DNA of 56,298 nucleotides from an uncultured Oscillospiraceae bacterium. Lineage in GTDB: Bacteria; Bacillota; Clostridia; Oscillospirales; Ruminococcaceae. A program made the translations under genes and the position numbers. The notes under the pieces are model-generated. The model did no database searches. It was not told the origin of the DNA and saw nothing but the letters and a program-made list of their open reading frames with translations. The DNA lies in contig CASGDD010000040.1 in assembly GCA_949300115.1 (NCBI GenBank), forward strand, positions 1-56,298. Direction: 5' to 3'. Positions 55,366 to 56,298 of the stretch are shown here, in pieces (the stretch's first letter is position 1; the number at the start of each line of letters is the position of its first letter).

Positions 55366-56298
55366 AGTACAACGACCTCCTTTGCATGGCCTGCGAGGAT
55401 GGCATCGATTTTGTCGCAGATTTCGTCGGCATCGTACAGGATCATGCCGCCTTTCATCGCGTAGATCGGTGCCTGCATCCGGCTTGCGAGCGCCACATCC
55501 CCAGCCATCTGATGGAGTGCGGTCATTTCTACCGACAGGTAGGCTTTGACCGGCCCCAGGGATTCAAAAGCCCTGACAGGGAAGGGATAGAGCGTGATGG
55601 GGCGGATTAAACCGACCTTTTGCCCTTTGGCGCGTGCAAGTGAAACCGCCTCCTCGCAGATGCGGGAGGAAATGCCGTAGGCCACCAGGATGATCTCGGC
55701 ATCCTCCGTCTGCATGGATTCCCACCGCTGTTCGGTTTCTTCGATATGGCGGTATTTGCTTCGGATATAGTCGTCAAATTCGGCCGGGTTTTGATAGTAC
55801 ATGACCGAGGTGTGGCGTTTGAAGGTCCCGTTCCCCTTGCCGCGAAGCGACCAGTCGAAGCCGTCGGGATCATGCAGATGCATCTCGGGCAATTCGACCG
55901 GCTCCATCATCTGGCCGATCGAGGCATCCGAGAGGATGAGAACGGGGTTGCGGTGCTCTTCCGCCTTTTCAAAGCCGAGTTTGACAAAATCCGCAGTCTC
56001 CTGGACGGAATTGGGTGCCAGTACCATGCAGCGATAATCGCCATGTCCGCCGTTTTTTACCGCCTGCCAGTAATCGCTTTGCCCGACATAGATGTCGCCA
56101 AGGCCGCTGCCATACCGCTGCAGATCTAAAATCAGACAGGGAAGCTCGGCCGACGCGATGTAGGAGATGCCCTCCTGCAGCAGGCTGAACCCGGGGCCGG
56201 AGGAACTGGTCATGGCGCGGAATCCACAGGCCGCCGCACCGTATACCATCGAGATACCGGAAAGTTCCGATTCGCTTTGGATGAAGGTGCCGCCAACC
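55362..56298 (-). CDS. 2-oxoacid:ferredoxin oxidoreductase, alpha subunit; N-terminus lies outside the window
   Basis: The frame stays open past the ORF-track Met to the window edge (...GGTFIQSESELSGISMVYGAAACGFRAMTSSSGPG), matching the KorA/PorA family pattern. Confidence 0.85.
   Translation of the reverse strand, partial: VGGTFIQSESELSGISMVYGAAACGFRAMTSSSGPGFSLLQEGISYIASAELPCLILDLQRYGSGLGDIYVGQSDYWQAVKNGGHGDYRCMVLAPNSVQETADFVKLGFEKAEEHRNPVLILSDASIGQMMEPVELPEMHLHDPDGFDWSLRGKGNGTFKRHTSVMYYQNPAEFDDYIRSKYRHIEETEQRWESMQTEDAEIILVAYGISSRICEEAVSLARAKGQKVGLIRPITLYPFPVRAFESLGPVKAYLSVEMTALHQMAGDVALASRMQAPIYAMKGGMILYDADEICDKIDAILAGHAKEVVVL

Overview
This is a 56.3-kb, high-GC chromosomal segment. From gene content it looks like a spore-forming Firmicute of the Clostridia type, but that taxonomic guess is inference only. 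I support about 61 protein-coding genes.

Gene content, in order:
- the 3' end of a heavy-metal P-type ATPase
- MEP-pathway genes (ispE, ispD, ispF) interleaved with sporulation genes (spoIIR, ytaF)
- a DUF3343/cysteine-desulfurase pair
- cdaA-cdaR
- recJ-relA-dtd-MBL-hemZ
- a nucleoside-salvage group (kinase, PNP, MTA/SAH deaminase)
- type III glutamine synthetase
- a block syntenic with B. subtilis yabM-mazG-(hup)-yabO-yabP-yabQ-divIC-yabR
- hpf
- a THUMP methyltransferase
- groES-groEL behind a perfect CIRCE operator
- a small accessory-looking wedge (uncharacterised protein, Rpn-family PD-(D/E)XK nuclease, NfeD-SPFH pair)
- purE-purM-purN-purH-purD
- ybaK
- a visibly lower-GC terminal block (~47.1 kb to the window end)

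The terminal block carries a GntR regulator, an AbgB-like M20 amidohydrolase with a YfcC transporter, and an operon of 2-oxoacid:ferredoxin oxidoreductase (alpha, beta, gamma), a fused ADP-forming acyl-CoA synthetase and an MFS transporter.

I saw no rRNA, tRNA, CRISPR array or bounded IS element. Several consensus-quality sigma-A promoters, sigma-E/sigma-F-like sporulation promoters and many intrinsic terminators are readable directly.

I do not see a compelling novel multi-gene system. The best candidates for follow-up are:
- the Rpn-family nuclease, which has a possible internal in-frame start that could make an RpnS-like intragenic antitoxin
- the terminal catabolic block
- a short terminator/antiterminator leader in front of purE with no recognisable riboswitch aptamer
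- two Fe-S/sulfur-related unknowns translationally coupled to known genes

All family assignments come from reading the translated ORFs by eye. No database search was run.
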